From NCBI GenBank assembly GCA_052326305.1, contig JBKQPJ010000019.1, positions 15,517 through 79,516 on the forward strand: a DNA stretch of 64,000 nt. Direction: 5' to 3'. This DNA comes from Thermoplasmata archaeon. Its GTDB lineage: Archaea > Thermoplasmatota > Thermoplasmata > Lutacidiplasmatales > UBA184. Shown piece by piece: positions 28,895-38,963 of this stretch. Under the pieces are notes generated by a model that was not told the origin of the DNA, did not search any database, and saw nothing but the letters and a program-made list of their open reading frames with translations. The translations under genes were made by a program, and so were the position numbers. Numbering within the stretch: the stretch's first letter is position 1; each line of letters opens with the position of its first letter.

Positions 28895-31279
28895 TCATGG
28901 AACTGTCGCGTCGCCCCCGGTGACCCCGAGCGCCCGCTGGAGCTGATCGAGCTCCTTTTCCAGGTCGGGGCGCGCCTTGCGCAGATTCTGGCGCTCGAGC
29001 TCGGCCACGAGCCGCTCGGCGCCCGCGCGGTCTCCGCGGGCCCGCGAAAGCTGGGCGAGCCGGAGAAGCACGTCGATCTCCTCCAGCGTGTGGTTCAACC
29101 CCCGAAGGAGCCGCTGCGCCTCGAGAAGGTCGGCCTCGGCGAGGTCGAAGGAACCCCGGTCCATCTCGATCTGGCCCCGGACCTTGATCGACACGCTCAG
29201 GCCGACCTTGTCCCCGATCCGACCGAAGATGTCGCACGCCTGCCGGACCCTCTCGCTCGCTTCCTCGAGCCGCCCCTTCTCCCGCAGGAGCTCGCTGGTC
29301 TTGTAGAGCGCCCAGCCGACCCGCCGAGGGTCTTGCACCTTCTCCGCGAACTGGATCGCCTTCGCGTACTCTCCGATCGCCTCCTCCCGCTCGGCCGGAG
29401 GGGACCGGGCATCGGCCAGGATGTCCCCGAAGAACAGGTGCGCTTGGGCGGACTCCCGGGCCGATCCCCACTCATCCCGAGCGGCGGTGACCTCGCGTGC
29501 CTCGGCGATGGCTTCTTCCGTCTGGCCCATCATCGCGAGGGAGGCGACCCGCCACACTCGGCCCCGCGCGAGGACGTGCGGGTCCCCGACCTCCTGCGCG
29601 AGCCGGACCTCCTCGCCGTGATGGGCCAGCGCCTCCGGGTAGCGGCCGTCATAGTAGAGCGACTGCCCGAGCAGATGATGGGCGCCGACCCGGACGAGAA
29701 GCTGGTCCTCGAGCCCCGAGGCGCCCAGGATCTTCTGCGCGAGCTCCGACGCGGCCGGCAGATCGCCCCGGTCGACCAGGACCCGGCCGAGGAATATCTC
29801 GAGCGTCGCCCGGCGGTGCGGGGAGAGGTGGGGGTCGTTCTTCTCCCGGTCTAGGAACTGGCGAAGGATCTCCTCCGCCTCCTCGAGCCGACCGAGCTCC
29901 TCGTTCACGCGCGCGAGATCGAGTACGAGCTCCGATTCGGCGTCGTGGTCGTCCCGTCGCAGGTCCCGCTGGCTCTCGAGGGCGCGGGAGAGGTGCTCCC
30001 GGGCGACCTCTGGTGCCAGCGCCCGTTCGGCGATCTCGGCGGCCACGCGGTTGTACTGGACCGACTTTCCGCCCACCCGGCCAAGGTAGAAGTGGCGACC
30101 GAGCGCATAGATCCGGGTGCGGTTCGGGCTCCCCATCGCCTCCAGCGCCTCTCCCGCACGCCGGTGGAGGAGGCGCCGACGCAGCTCGGTGATCTGGCCG
30201 TAGGCCTCCTCCCGGAGCCGGTCCTCGGGGAACTCGTAGATCTCCCCCGGGCGCTCGTAGAGGAGCCCTCGGCCGACCAGGTAGCCGACGACCTCCGTCA
30301 GGCGCTCCTCGTCGTCCCCCGTCGCGCGCAGGAGGAGGTCGAAGGGGAACTCGGGCCCGAGCACCGAGGCGACGTCGAGCGTACGCTGGGCCTCCTCGTC
30401 GAGACGGGGGAGATTCGACCCCGAGCGGATCCGGCCCTCCCCACCCGAGGAGATCCGCCGGTCGAGCTGGCGAAGGAGGAGCGGGTTCCCTCCCGTTTCG
30501 GAATGGCGCCGGGCGACCTCGCCGGGAGAGAATTCCCGGGACGGGTCGTCCATTCGCAGATAGTCGGCGACCTCCCCCGAGGACATCGTGCGGAGGGCGA
30601 TCCGCTGCGCGCGGGTCGCGGCCTCGAACTTCTCGAGCCGCACCCGCCTCAACTCAGAGAGCGTGGCGTACGGCCGACCGGTCGCGAGGATCCAGAGGGG
30701 CCGGTCCTTGAGCTCGTTCGCGAAGAACTCGACGGCGGCGAGCGACGAATCGTCGGCGCGGTCGAGGTCGTCCAGGACGATGACCGTGGGACCGTGCCGG
30801 GTGAACTCGAGGAATCGCTCGGAGATCCCGGTCAGGACCCGGTCCGGGGACATCCGGCCTCGGTCGCCGGTTCCGCCGAGTACCTCGAGGAGGCGCTCCT
30901 CGAGGCCGACCGGGACAGGAAGGTCGGTCTCCCCCAGGCGAAGGGCGAAGCCGATGAGATACTGGTCGCCGCCGAGCGCGGGATTCTCGTCCGAACGAAG
31001 GACCGGGTCGTCGCGCGCGCTCTCGATGGCGGATTGGACGAGCGAGAACGGAGGGGGAGCGTCGACGGCCGCGGCCCGGCCGGTCAGCACCCGGATCCCG
31101 CGTGCCCGGGCGTCCCGGACGAGGCTCGCGACTAGGGTCGACTTCCCGACCCCGGTGTCGCCCAGGAGGAGGGTCACGCCGCCGGTGCCGGCCCGAGCGT
31201 CGGCGAACCTTCGGTTGAGCGCCTCGACGGTCTCCACGCGGCCGACGAACGGCCGACCGGATCCGGCTGCGCCCGACAT
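28895..31279 (-). CDS. AAA_16/STAND-like ATPase with TPR repeats
   Basis: FVGR, Walker A GDTGVGKS, Walker B IVLDDLDRAD, TGGNPL, ASVLG..F and C-terminal TPRs. TAAATA about 30 nt upstream. Confidence 0.9.
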   Translation of the reverse strand: MSGAAGSGRPFVGRVETVEALNRRFADARAGTGGVTLLLGDTGVGKSTLVASLVRDARARGIRVLTGRAAAVDAPPPFSLVQSAIESARDDPVLRSDENPALGGDQYLIGFALRLGETDLPVPVGLEERLLEVLGGTGDRGRMSPDRVLTGISERFLEFTRHGPTVIVLDDLDRADDSSLAAVEFFANELKDRPLWILATGRPYATLSELRRVRLEKFEAATRAQRIALRTMSSGEVADYLRMDDPSREFSPGEVARRHSETGGNPLLLRQLDRRISSGGEGRIRSGSNLPRLDEEAQRTLDVASVLGPEFPFDLLLRATGDDEERLTEVVGYLVGRGLLYERPGEIYEFPEDRLREEAYGQITELRRRLLHRRAGEALEAMGSPNRTRIYALGRHFYLGRVGGKSVQYNRVAAEIAERALAPEVAREHLSRALESQRDLRRDDHDAESELVLDLARVNEELGRLEEAEEILRQFLDREKNDPHLSPHRRATLEIFLGRVLVDRGDLPAASELAQKILGASGLEDQLLVRVGAHHLLGQSLYYDGRYPEALAHHGEEVRLAQEVGDPHVLARGRVWRVASLAMMGQTEEAIAEAREVTAARDEWGSARESAQAHLFFGDILADARSPPAEREEAIGEYAKAIQFAEKVQDPRRVGWALYKTSELLREKGRLEEASERVRQACDIFGRIGDKVGLSVSIKVRGQIEMDRGSFDLAEADLLEAQRLLRGLNHTLEEIDVLLRLAQLSRARGDRAGAERLVAELERQNLRKARPDLEKELDQLQRALGVTGGDATVP

Positions 31280-32297
31280 CGTTCCCGCTGGAGTGCGTGG
31301 GTGGTCCGACTATTTACTTGCGAGGCGGGACCGCCGACGGTTACGCGACCCGGGGGTTCCCCGGTACGCTGGGGGTTGCCGTCGTCGGTCCTTCGGACCC
31401 GGTGCAGTTCTCCCGATCCACCACCCCCAGCGGGGTGGATTCCGGATCGTGAAACTAGCCCGCGGCCACCGGGGTGAGCCGGAATGAGATCGTGGAACGC
31501 CGCCGCCACGGGGTAGGCGGAGGTTCCCCGCCTCCGCTCCGCCGGTACGGCGAGGACACGACCGCCGGTGCGGACGGGTCCGGTCGGGCCCGGGCGAGGC
31601 CGGGACCCCTCACCCGTGCGGGAGATTGTTTATGGAGTGGAATAACGTTCCCCCGACTGACACCAGGCATGACGGCATGCTGACCGCCGCGCGGCCTGCG
31701 GTTCGACAGTTCTCCCGGTTGTTCCCCCCCGCTCTGATCGGGCACCCCACCGTAACGGAGTGGCCTTCGTGGCTCATTCCGACCCACCGGGCGAGGGGGA
31801 CAACCGCCCCCGATCCGCCTCGCCGGTCGGGGGACCTCGATCGCCGAACCGATGCCTCGCGAGGTTCCCCCGCCGGTACGGGCCGATCCCGTAGCGCCCG
31901 AAGGCGTCGCCCACGCGATTCTCGCTCCTGAGGGCCCGGTCCCGGGAACCCCGCGGGAATCCGCCCCGGTGGCGGTGCGACGGACTCCGACCGCCCACAC
32001 CGGCTCGGATTTCGATCACCGTGCCCCGGCTCCGCTCGAAAGCGACCCTCCTATCGGAGTTCTAACGGATCGCCTATCCGACCGTCGGGTGTAGAACAGC
32101 CGGTTCGAAGTCCCACCGACCCGGTTCGGCTCTCGGTTCAGGGTCGGAAACCATCCGACGCGGTCCCACTGATTCCCCGCCCTTCCTCCGCGGTCGGGAG
32201 GGAGTTCGAAGGGGCGGCCTCGGCGCGGGTCGGGGCCGGGATCGGTCCTGCCCCTCGAGCGGAAAAGACCTTAACGGCCCTGCCGTGGCATCGCCAT

Positions 32298-32612
32298 ATG
32301 ATGCCCGCACAGACACCTGGCGGCTCGTTGGGAGCTCCCGCGCCCGCATACAGCCCTCTCCCGGCCCGAGGACCCGACTGGAAGGCTCGGGGAGGCCTCG
32401 TGAAGATGATCGGGTTCATCATCGAGGGAGTGGGCATCCTGATCGCCGGCCTGGGCCTGCACTACATGGTCACTTTGATCAACAGCAACGGGAACAATAC
32501 TGCCTCGATCTACACGAATCTCTTCAATACCCTGGAAGCCGGGGTCGTGATCGGTGGGATCGGTGTGATCGTCATCGGGATCGGCGTTTACCTCGCGGCC
32601 CGCCAGTCGTAA
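32298..32612 (+). CDS. Small 2-TM membrane protein
   Basis: Two hydrophobic helices around an N-rich loop. CTTAAC upstream. Confidence 0.7.
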   Translation: MMPAQTPGGSLGAPAPAYSPLPARGPDWKARGGLVKMIGFIIEGVGILIAGLGLHYMVTLINSNGNNTASIYTNLFNTLEAGVVIGGIGVIVIGIGVYLAARQS

Positions 32613-32654
32613 ATCGATCCGGCCCGATGGGCCGCCTGCTTCGGCGACCGGACC

Positions 32655-32678
32655 CTCATCCTTTCGAAAGGGGATGAG
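32655..32678. terminator. Hairpin between convergent genes
   Basis: CTCATC-CTTTCGAAAG-GG-GATGAG. Confidence 0.35.
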
Positions 32679-32883
32679 CTCGCTCGAAGGCTCAACCCCG
32701 GGTGAGTGGAGACAAGCTCCACGTCCGCCGTTCGAAGAGCCTCCCCCCTGGATCCTCCGGGACCCGGTTCAACGTCCGCAGGGGTCAGCCGGTCCTTCCA
32801 CGGGCTCGTAGCGTTCCCGAGCGGTCGCCGATCTCTCCCGACGACGGGAGGTGTCGGCACCTCCGCCGGGAGGTCGACGAACG

Positions 32884-33191
32884 CTAGGGCCCCGGAGCGG
32901 GGCGACCCCGACGTACGAGCCACCCGTTGGCCCCGGTAAAGACCGCGCCGATCAGGAGGAAGATCCAGCCTACCGCGCCGAGGATCCTCAGCGGGTCCCG
33001 ATCCGGCCCACGATGTAAATGGCCTCGCCGAAGACCAGGAGGCCCTCGCTGACCTTCAGGTCCCTTTCGAGTTTGCGTCGCGGTAGGGTTATGGTGTAGT
33101 CCTCGGGAGCCCCCGACGCGGACCCTCCGAGTCCCCCCGGCTCCAGTCCCCCCGGGCCGCTTTCCGCCAGATGAATATGCCAGTTCGCCAT
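32884..33191 (-). pseudogene. Small 2-TM protein with apparent 1-nt frameshift
   Basis: MANWHIHL...GEAIYIVGRIG stops at 32988. One extra G at 32997-32999 continues it as DPLRILGAVGWIFLLIGAVFTGANGWLVRRG. GAGGGGGAG SD upstream. Confidence 0.55.
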
Positions 33192-33237
33192 CTCCCCCTC
33201 GGCTCGCGTCGAGGGGCGAGCCCGGTAGGACCGACCG

Positions 33238-33645
33238 ATGGCGGAGAGCGATCCGGAGCGCGTCGCCATCCGATTCGTGAACGAGATCAACCGGCACGAC
33301 GTGTCGGCCCTGGCGGCACTGATGGCGCCGGACTTCCGGTTCGTGGACAGCTTGGGCCAGGAAGTCCGGGGGCCCGAGCGGATGCGAACCGCCTGGACCG
33401 CCTACTTCGCTCTCTTCCCCGACTACCAGATCACCATCCGCGAGCACCTGCGCGTCGGTCAGGTGGTCGCGCTTTTCGGGACCGCCACCGGGACCCTCGT
33501 GGAGAAGGGCGAGCTCCCGCACCGGAACCATTGGACCCTCCCGGCCGGATGGCGGGCGGTCGTGCGGGACGGTCGGGTGGTCGACTGGCAGATCTACGCC
33601 GACAACACGCCGGTCCAGAAGATGTTGGACGCCCGCGAGCCGTAA
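33238..33645 (+). CDS. SnoaL/NTF2-like protein
   Basis: FVNEINRHD...FVDSLG...FPDY...WQIYADN. Confidence 0.85.
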   Translation: MAESDPERVAIRFVNEINRHDVSALAALMAPDFRFVDSLGQEVRGPERMRTAWTAYFALFPDYQITIREHLRVGQVVALFGTATGTLVEKGELPHRNHWTLPAGWRAVVRDGRVVDWQIYADNTPVQKMLDAREP

Positions 33646-33673
33646 CCGCGGGCGTCGCGGGACGTGGGGCGGC

Positions 33674-34108
33674 CTACTTCTTGGCCCCGAGGGCCTTGAT
33701 CGCCGGCGCGTCCTCGTTGAAGGCGGTCTCGAGCGACGCCAGGACCGCGTGCTCCAGCTGGTTCGGCGGGACCATGGTGGACGTGAACTCGCCGTAAACA
33801 TCGATCGCGGTCCGGTTTCCCTTCGGCGTGTAGATGTTGATCATCTTCGATCCCGCCAGGGGGCCCTCGAGGACCTCGATGACCATCCCGAGGGGCGGGA
33901 AGATCGAGATCCGGTTCGACTCGTGGATCCATCGTCCGTTCACGTTCCGCTCCATCGAGAGGACGAACGACGTCTCGGAGAGGGGCTTCATCTGTTGGTT
34001 CCGGGTCGTCGTGTGGGCCTGACCGTGGTCCTGCCCCGATTCTAGGTACTTCCATACGACGTCGATCGGCGCTTCGAAGTGGCTTCCCTGGTCGGCGATG
34101 TGGGCCAT
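33674..34108 (-). CDS. SRPBCC/START-like hypothetical protein
   Basis: FEAPIDVVWKYL...EGPLAGS and a C-terminal helix ending NED. Divergent from the HxlR regulator. Confidence 0.7.
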   Translation of the reverse strand: MAHIADQGSHFEAPIDVVWKYLESGQDHGQAHTTTRNQQMKPLSETSFVLSMERNVNGRWIHESNRISIFPPLGMVIEVLEGPLAGSKMINIYTPKGNRTAIDVYGEFTSTMVPPNQLEHAVLASLETAFNEDAPAIKALGAKK

Positions 34109-34240
34109 GGTGCGGCCACGTCACCGAACGTATTTGAACCGCCATGAGCACGAAAGTATACCAGCTCCATTCCCTTTGGCACGCGGTGAGACCGCGCGCC
34201 GGCGCGAAGGATTATCCCTCGTCGGCGGGTCCCGAAGGCG

Positions 34241-34873
34241 ATGGGCCGTCGTGCCGTTCCGGCATCCTCGTTCCCGGCGCCCGGTCCGCCGGCGGTCCCC
34301 CTGGAAGCGTGCCCGATCGCCACCACGCTCGGGACGCTCGGCCGGAAATGGACGCTCACGGTCCTCCGGGACATCGCCTTCTTTCCGGACGCCTCGTTCT
34401 CGTTGATCCTGAGGAACAATCCGGGCCTGCGTCCGCGCACGCTCTCCCTCCGGCTGAAGCAGCTCGCCGGGGAAGGTCTGGTGATCAAGAGCCCGCCGGC
34501 GGACGGGACCCGGCGGAGGAGCTACCGGCTGTCGGAAAAGGGCCTTCAGGTGTGGCCGATACTCGCCACCCTTGCCCAATTCGGGGTCCAGAACCATCCC
34601 CAGGTCGTCTTCGCGGACGCGCGCCCGCGGAACCTCGAGGAGGTCTTCCCGACGGGGATGGACGTGATGCTGGGCCGCTTCGCGGACGGGTCGCCCGCCC
34701 GCCGAGGGTCGGACGCCGCTCGAGCGCAGGGAAATGCGCCACACGGAGATTCCCGGACGAAGGCGGGCGGCGGAGGACGAGGTCGGAAGGTCCCGATCGC
34801 CGCGAGCCCCTCACGACCCGGTCGTTCTCTCAATCCCCGGGAGGGATCTCGACCGCCGCGGAGCGGGGCCTGA
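34241..34873 (+). CDS. HxlR-family winged-helix regulator
   Basis: CPIATTLGTLGRKWTLTVLRD...TLSLRLKQL...YRLSEKG. Confidence 0.88.
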   Translation: MGRRAVPASSFPAPGPPAVPLEACPIATTLGTLGRKWTLTVLRDIAFFPDASFSLILRNNPGLRPRTLSLRLKQLAGEGLVIKSPPADGTRRRSYRLSEKGLQVWPILATLAQFGVQNHPQVVFADARPRNLEEVFPTGMDVMLGRFADGSPARRGSDAARAQGNAPHGDSRTKAGGGGRGRKVPIAASPSRPGRSLNPREGSRPPRSGA

Positions 34874-34909
34874 CGACTCACGGGGGAGCGTAGCGCCGGC
34901 TGTCGGTGG

Positions 34910-35881
34910 CTAGGCCACGGGGCCTGGGCCGACCGGTGGCCGCGATACCGACGCAGACCTTCCTTTCCAGGGCCGGGCGGACCTCATCACGAGCGCCCCC
35001 GCCACGACCCCCCCGGCGACCAGCCAGTACTCCGGTAGGATCGGCTCGTGGAGGAAGATCGCGTCGAGACCGAACGTGACGAACGGGCTCGCGAGATAGA
35101 CGAGTGCCACCGGGGCGGTCTCTTCGACGAGCCCGTAGGAATAGACGAAGAGGATCGTCAACCCGACGTTCTGAGGTCCCCCGAGGAACAGGACCGCCAC
35201 CAGCTCCGGCGTGGAGAGAGGTTCGCCGTGGAGCAGTCCCGTCCCGCCTCCGAGGACGGTGAAGCAGCCGAGCGCGATCAGGTTGCACAGGAAGACGAAC
35301 GATAGCATGTTCGCGGGTCGGTACCTCTTCGAGTACGCCGCGGCGATCGCGTCCGCCAGCGCTCCCACGAACAGGAAGCCGACCAGCGGCGCGTCCCGGG
35401 CGGGGAAGAGCAGGTTCCCGGACCAGGCGTAGGCCGCCACGATCCCCAGGAAGCCGATCCCGAGGCCGGCCCACTGGCGCGGTCGGAGCCGTTCTCCGAG
35501 GATCGGCCAAGCGAGCAATCCCAACATCAACGGCCAGGTCCGGTAGACCAGCGCGGTCAGCGAGGCCGACAGCGTGTGCGTTCCCGCCGACAGCGCGAGG
35601 ACGAGGACGGTGAACGACCCGATCGCCCACGACACGAGGAGCACGAGCTGGCCCCGGTCCCGAAGATAGACCTTGAACGGGTCCCGCCCGGGTCGTACGG
35701 CGAGGAGGATCCCGGAACAGGCAGTGCCGCAGAGCGACACGAGGAACGCGAGCTGGATCGGAGGGAGGTGGTCCGCCAGCCGGTAGAACGGGGGGGCCGC
35801 CGCCCCGAGCATCAGGGAGGCGAACAGGAGGCCGTAGCCGAGCCGCCGGTTTCCCTGCGGAGCCGCCGGTCCCGAGGTCAC
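34910..35881 (-). CDS. EamA/DMT family transporter
   Basis: About 10 TM helices, LGERL and FLHEPI. Confidence 0.85.
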   Translation of the reverse strand: MTSGPAAPQGNRRLGYGLLFASLMLGAAAPPFYRLADHLPPIQLAFLVSLCGTACSGILLAVRPGRDPFKVYLRDRGQLVLLVSWAIGSFTVLVLALSAGTHTLSASLTALVYRTWPLMLGLLAWPILGERLRPRQWAGLGIGFLGIVAAYAWSGNLLFPARDAPLVGFLFVGALADAIAAAYSKRYRPANMLSFVFLCNLIALGCFTVLGGGTGLLHGEPLSTPELVAVLFLGGPQNVGLTILFVYSYGLVEETAPVALVYLASPFVTFGLDAIFLHEPILPEYWLVAGGVVAGALVMRSARPWKGRSASVSRPPVGPGPVA

Positions 35882-36110
35882 GGCGGGCGCAGGCCGATGA
35901 GGGGATTAGACCCTCTCCCCGAGGCGAGCGTTTGGCCGAGGGGAACCGCCCGAGACCCGGGCCCGGACGGCCCGAACTTCGGCGGGAGGGAGCGTGCCCC
36001 TCTAAAGGGCTCAGTCAATCGGGATTGACCCTGGAACCGGACGGCCGGCCGGTCCTCAGAATTCTCGTTATAGCGCTGGAAGGGGTCTCGGGGGAGCCGC
36101 CGGCCCGCTC

Positions 36111-37400
36111 ATGAGATTCCGAGATTCTCTGGCCCGTCTCGACTCCGAGGGTCGGCTGACCCGGATCAAGACCCGGGTCCGTCCGAGATACGAGATCGCG
36201 GCCCTTCTCCAGAAGCACGAAGGCCGTCCCGTCCTGTTCGAGAACGTGGACGGCAGCTCCGTCCCCGTGGCCGGCAATCTCCTCAGCAGCATGGACCTGC
36301 TTTGCGCGAGCCTCGGGATGGGGAAGGAGGAGTGGATCGAGAAGCTGAACCTCGCGATCCAACATCCCGGGGTGATCCGGGAAGGCCCCGGGCGGTTCGA
36401 GTACGCCGAGCCGGACCTCGACCTGCTTCCGATCCTCACGCACTATCCGAAGGATCAGGGCGCCTACGTCACCTCCGGCGTCGTCTTCTCGCAGCGCGGG
36501 AACCTCCGCAACCTCTCGTTCCACCGTCTTTCCCGGATCGGCAAGGACCGGTTCGTCGGCCGGCTGGTCGAGAAGCGCGACCTGCACACGATGTATCTCG
36601 ACGCGAAGGAGCACGGGGAAGATCTCGGTGTGTCGATCGCGATCGGAAACGCCTCCGGCGTGCTGGTCGCTGCGGCCACCAGCGTCGAGCGGGGACTCTA
36701 CGAACTGGGCATCGCCGCCGCGCTGGAAGGCGGGATCGAGGTGACGAAGGCACGGACCAACGAGACGAGCTATCCTACCGACTCCGAGATCGTGCTCGAG
36801 GGCCGGATCCTGCACGACGAGACGACCCGGGAGGGGCCCTTCGTGGACCTGACCCGCACGTACGACGTGGTCCGGGAGCAGCCGGTGTTCGTCCTCGACC
36901 GGATCGCCCTTCGCCCGGGGGCGGTCTACCACGCCTTGCTTCCGGGAGGCACCGAGCACCGACTGCTCATGGGGGCGCCGCGGACCCCGACGATCCACCG
37001 GGCGCTCACCGAGGCGGGCATCGAGGTGAGGAACGTCTACCTGACCGAAGGGGGCAGCGGCTGGCTGGACGCCGTCGTGGCGATCAAGAAGCGGCGCGAC
37101 GAGGACCCCCGGACCGCCATCGACGCGGCGATCGCCGGCCATCGGAGCCTGAAGAAGATCACGATCGTCGACGCGGAGGTGGACGTCACCGATCCGAACG
37201 AGGTCAATTACGCGGTGACGATGTACTGGGAGGCGGGCAAGGAGGTCGTGATGAAGGGTGTCAAGGGCTCGAGCCTCGACCCCATGGCCACCCCGGAGGG
37301 GATCGGCAGCAAGCTGGGCGTCGACGCGACCCGCCCCCTCCATGTCCCGGCCGAACGGGAACTGAAGATGACGAAGGCCGAGCTGGCGCTCGAACGGTGA
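36111..37400 (+). CDS. UbiD-family prFMN decarboxylase, probable trans-anhydromevalonate-5-phosphate decarboxylase
   Basis: PVLFENV, NLSFHR, EIVLEG, EGPFVDLT, GGSGWL and GSSLDP...KLGVDAT. Adjacent to aconitase X. Confidence 0.88.
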   Translation: MRFRDSLARLDSEGRLTRIKTRVRPRYEIAALLQKHEGRPVLFENVDGSSVPVAGNLLSSMDLLCASLGMGKEEWIEKLNLAIQHPGVIREGPGRFEYAEPDLDLLPILTHYPKDQGAYVTSGVVFSQRGNLRNLSFHRLSRIGKDRFVGRLVEKRDLHTMYLDAKEHGEDLGVSIAIGNASGVLVAAATSVERGLYELGIAAALEGGIEVTKARTNETSYPTDSEIVLEGRILHDETTREGPFVDLTRTYDVVREQPVFVLDRIALRPGAVYHALLPGGTEHRLLMGAPRTPTIHRALTEAGIEVRNVYLTEGGSGWLDAVVAIKKRRDEDPRTAIDAAIAGHRSLKKITIVDAEVDVTDPNEVNYAVTMYWEAGKEVVMKGVKGSSLDPMATPEGIGSKLGVDATRPLHVPAERELKMTKAELALER

Positions 37401-37411
37401 ACCGAGGACCG

Positions 37412-38890
37412 ATGGAGGCGCTCCGAACCACCCAGCAGATCTCCTGGCTCGATGACGTCGATGGTCGCGGGGTCATCATCAATCCCGGCCACGAGCTGTA
37501 CGGGGAGAGCCTCGCCGGCCGCGAGCTGGAGTTCCCTGGCGCCTCTGGCTCCACGGTCGGTTCGGACCGGATCGTGAACCTCGCGGTCCGGGGTTTCGCC
37601 CCGAAGCGGATCGTGCTCGAGAAGAGCGACCCGATCACGATGTGGGGCGCGATCCTCGGCAAGATCGACATCGAGATCCGGGGCACGGTCAAGAAGGAAG
37701 TCGACCGGAGCAAGGTCGAAGGGCTCGGGATCCCCCCCGAGATCGTCGATTACCTCGTGCGCGCAGGAGAGCTCCTCGGGACGGACGAGTTCATCCCGGC
37801 CGAGGATGTCCAGATCGCCGGGGTCTCCTACAAGACGATCACCGAGACCGGGCTCGAACTGCGACGGCACTTTGCCGGCAAGTACCGGTTCCGCTCCCGG
37901 AACGTGACGATCAACCCCGCGGGGATGGACCTCGAGGATTGGCGCTCCCTCGGCATTCCGGAGGAGTTCGCCCGGAAGCAGCAGGAGGTCATCGAGATCT
38001 ACCTCCGGATGGGGGCGATCCCCACGATCACCTGCACCCCGTACCTGATCGGGAGCATGCCCGCGCCGTTCGTCGACGCCTTCCTCTCCGAGTCGTCGGT
38101 CGTCGCCTACGCCAACTCCGTCCTCGGGGTCCGGACGAACCGGGAGTCGGGGTTGAGCACGCTGCTCTACGCGATCGCGGGGTACGGGCCGAGGTACGGG
38201 TTGCATCTTTCCGAGAACCGGGACCCCCGCGTGGAGGTCGCGGTGGACTGCGAACTGAGGGGGGTCGTCGATTTCAGCCTCCTGGGGTACAAGCTGGGTG
38301 AGCTCGTCCGGGGACGGATCCCCTACCTCACCGGGATCCGGACCCGACCCACCCTCGAGGAGTTCAAGGTCCTGAGCGCCTCGGCGGCGGCCTCCGGGTC
38401 GATCGACCTCTACCACATCGAGGACGTGACGCCCGAGGCCCAGCGCCACCTCATCGCGCTCGACCGGATCGAGGAGAGGATCGAGGTCTCCCGCGCGGCG
38501 CTCGACGCGGTCAAGAAGAAGCTCAACACGGGGCGAGCCGAGGCGCTCGACCTGGTCACGTTCGGCTGTCCGCACGCTTCGCTGAACGAGGTGAAGGAGA
38601 TCGCGGGCCTCCTCCAGGGCCGACGGATTAGGGACGGCGTGAAGCTCTGGGTGTGCACCTCGAGGGCGGTCAAGGACATGTCGAGGCGGCTGGGGTACGT
38701 GCAGATCGTGGAATCCGCGGGCGGCCACGTCGTTGCGGACACCTGCATGGTGGTCGCCCCGATCGAGGAGATGGGCCCGACGACGACCGCCACGAACTCC
38801 GGAAAGGCGGCCAAGTACCTGCCGCGGTTCTGCAAGCAGGAAGTGGTCTTCGACTCCGCCGAGGAGATCATCCGCAAGATCGTGGCCTAA
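37412..38890 (+). CDS. Fused aconitase X (DUF126 + DUF521), probable phosphomevalonate dehydratase
   Basis: N-terminal HELYGESLAG...GSTVGS swivel domain, then AGVSYKT, TINPAGMD, TCTPY, ESS...ANSVLG.RTNRE, GCPH, DTCMVVAP and TNSGKAAKY. Confidence 0.9.
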   Translation: MEALRTTQQISWLDDVDGRGVIINPGHELYGESLAGRELEFPGASGSTVGSDRIVNLAVRGFAPKRIVLEKSDPITMWGAILGKIDIEIRGTVKKEVDRSKVEGLGIPPEIVDYLVRAGELLGTDEFIPAEDVQIAGVSYKTITETGLELRRHFAGKYRFRSRNVTINPAGMDLEDWRSLGIPEEFARKQQEVIEIYLRMGAIPTITCTPYLIGSMPAPFVDAFLSESSVVAYANSVLGVRTNRESGLSTLLYAIAGYGPRYGLHLSENRDPRVEVAVDCELRGVVDFSLLGYKLGELVRGRIPYLTGIRTRPTLEEFKVLSASAAASGSIDLYHIEDVTPEAQRHLIALDRIEERIEVSRAALDAVKKKLNTGRAEALDLVTFGCPHASLNEVKEIAGLLQGRRIRDGVKLWVCTSRAVKDMSRRLGYVQIVESAGGHVVADTCMVVAPIEEMGPTTTATNSGKAAKYLPRFCKQEVVFDSAEEIIRKIVA

Positions 38891-38963
38891 GGGGGGATCG
38901 CCCCGATCGCGCCGAGGTCGGGTCCGTTGAGCCGGCGCGCCCAAGGAGATGCGGGGGCCCGTC

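Noticed and set aside
32090-32130. GGTTCGAAGTCCC resembling a tRNA T-arm
   Set aside because: The loop length is wrong, and no acceptor, D or anticodon arms can be built.
36302-37411. N-terminal 370 aa of the 862-aa ORF, suggesting a UbiD-AcnX fusion
   Set aside because: It is an alternative frame over ubiD, which has its own stop at 37400. The AcnX protein starts at about 37412.
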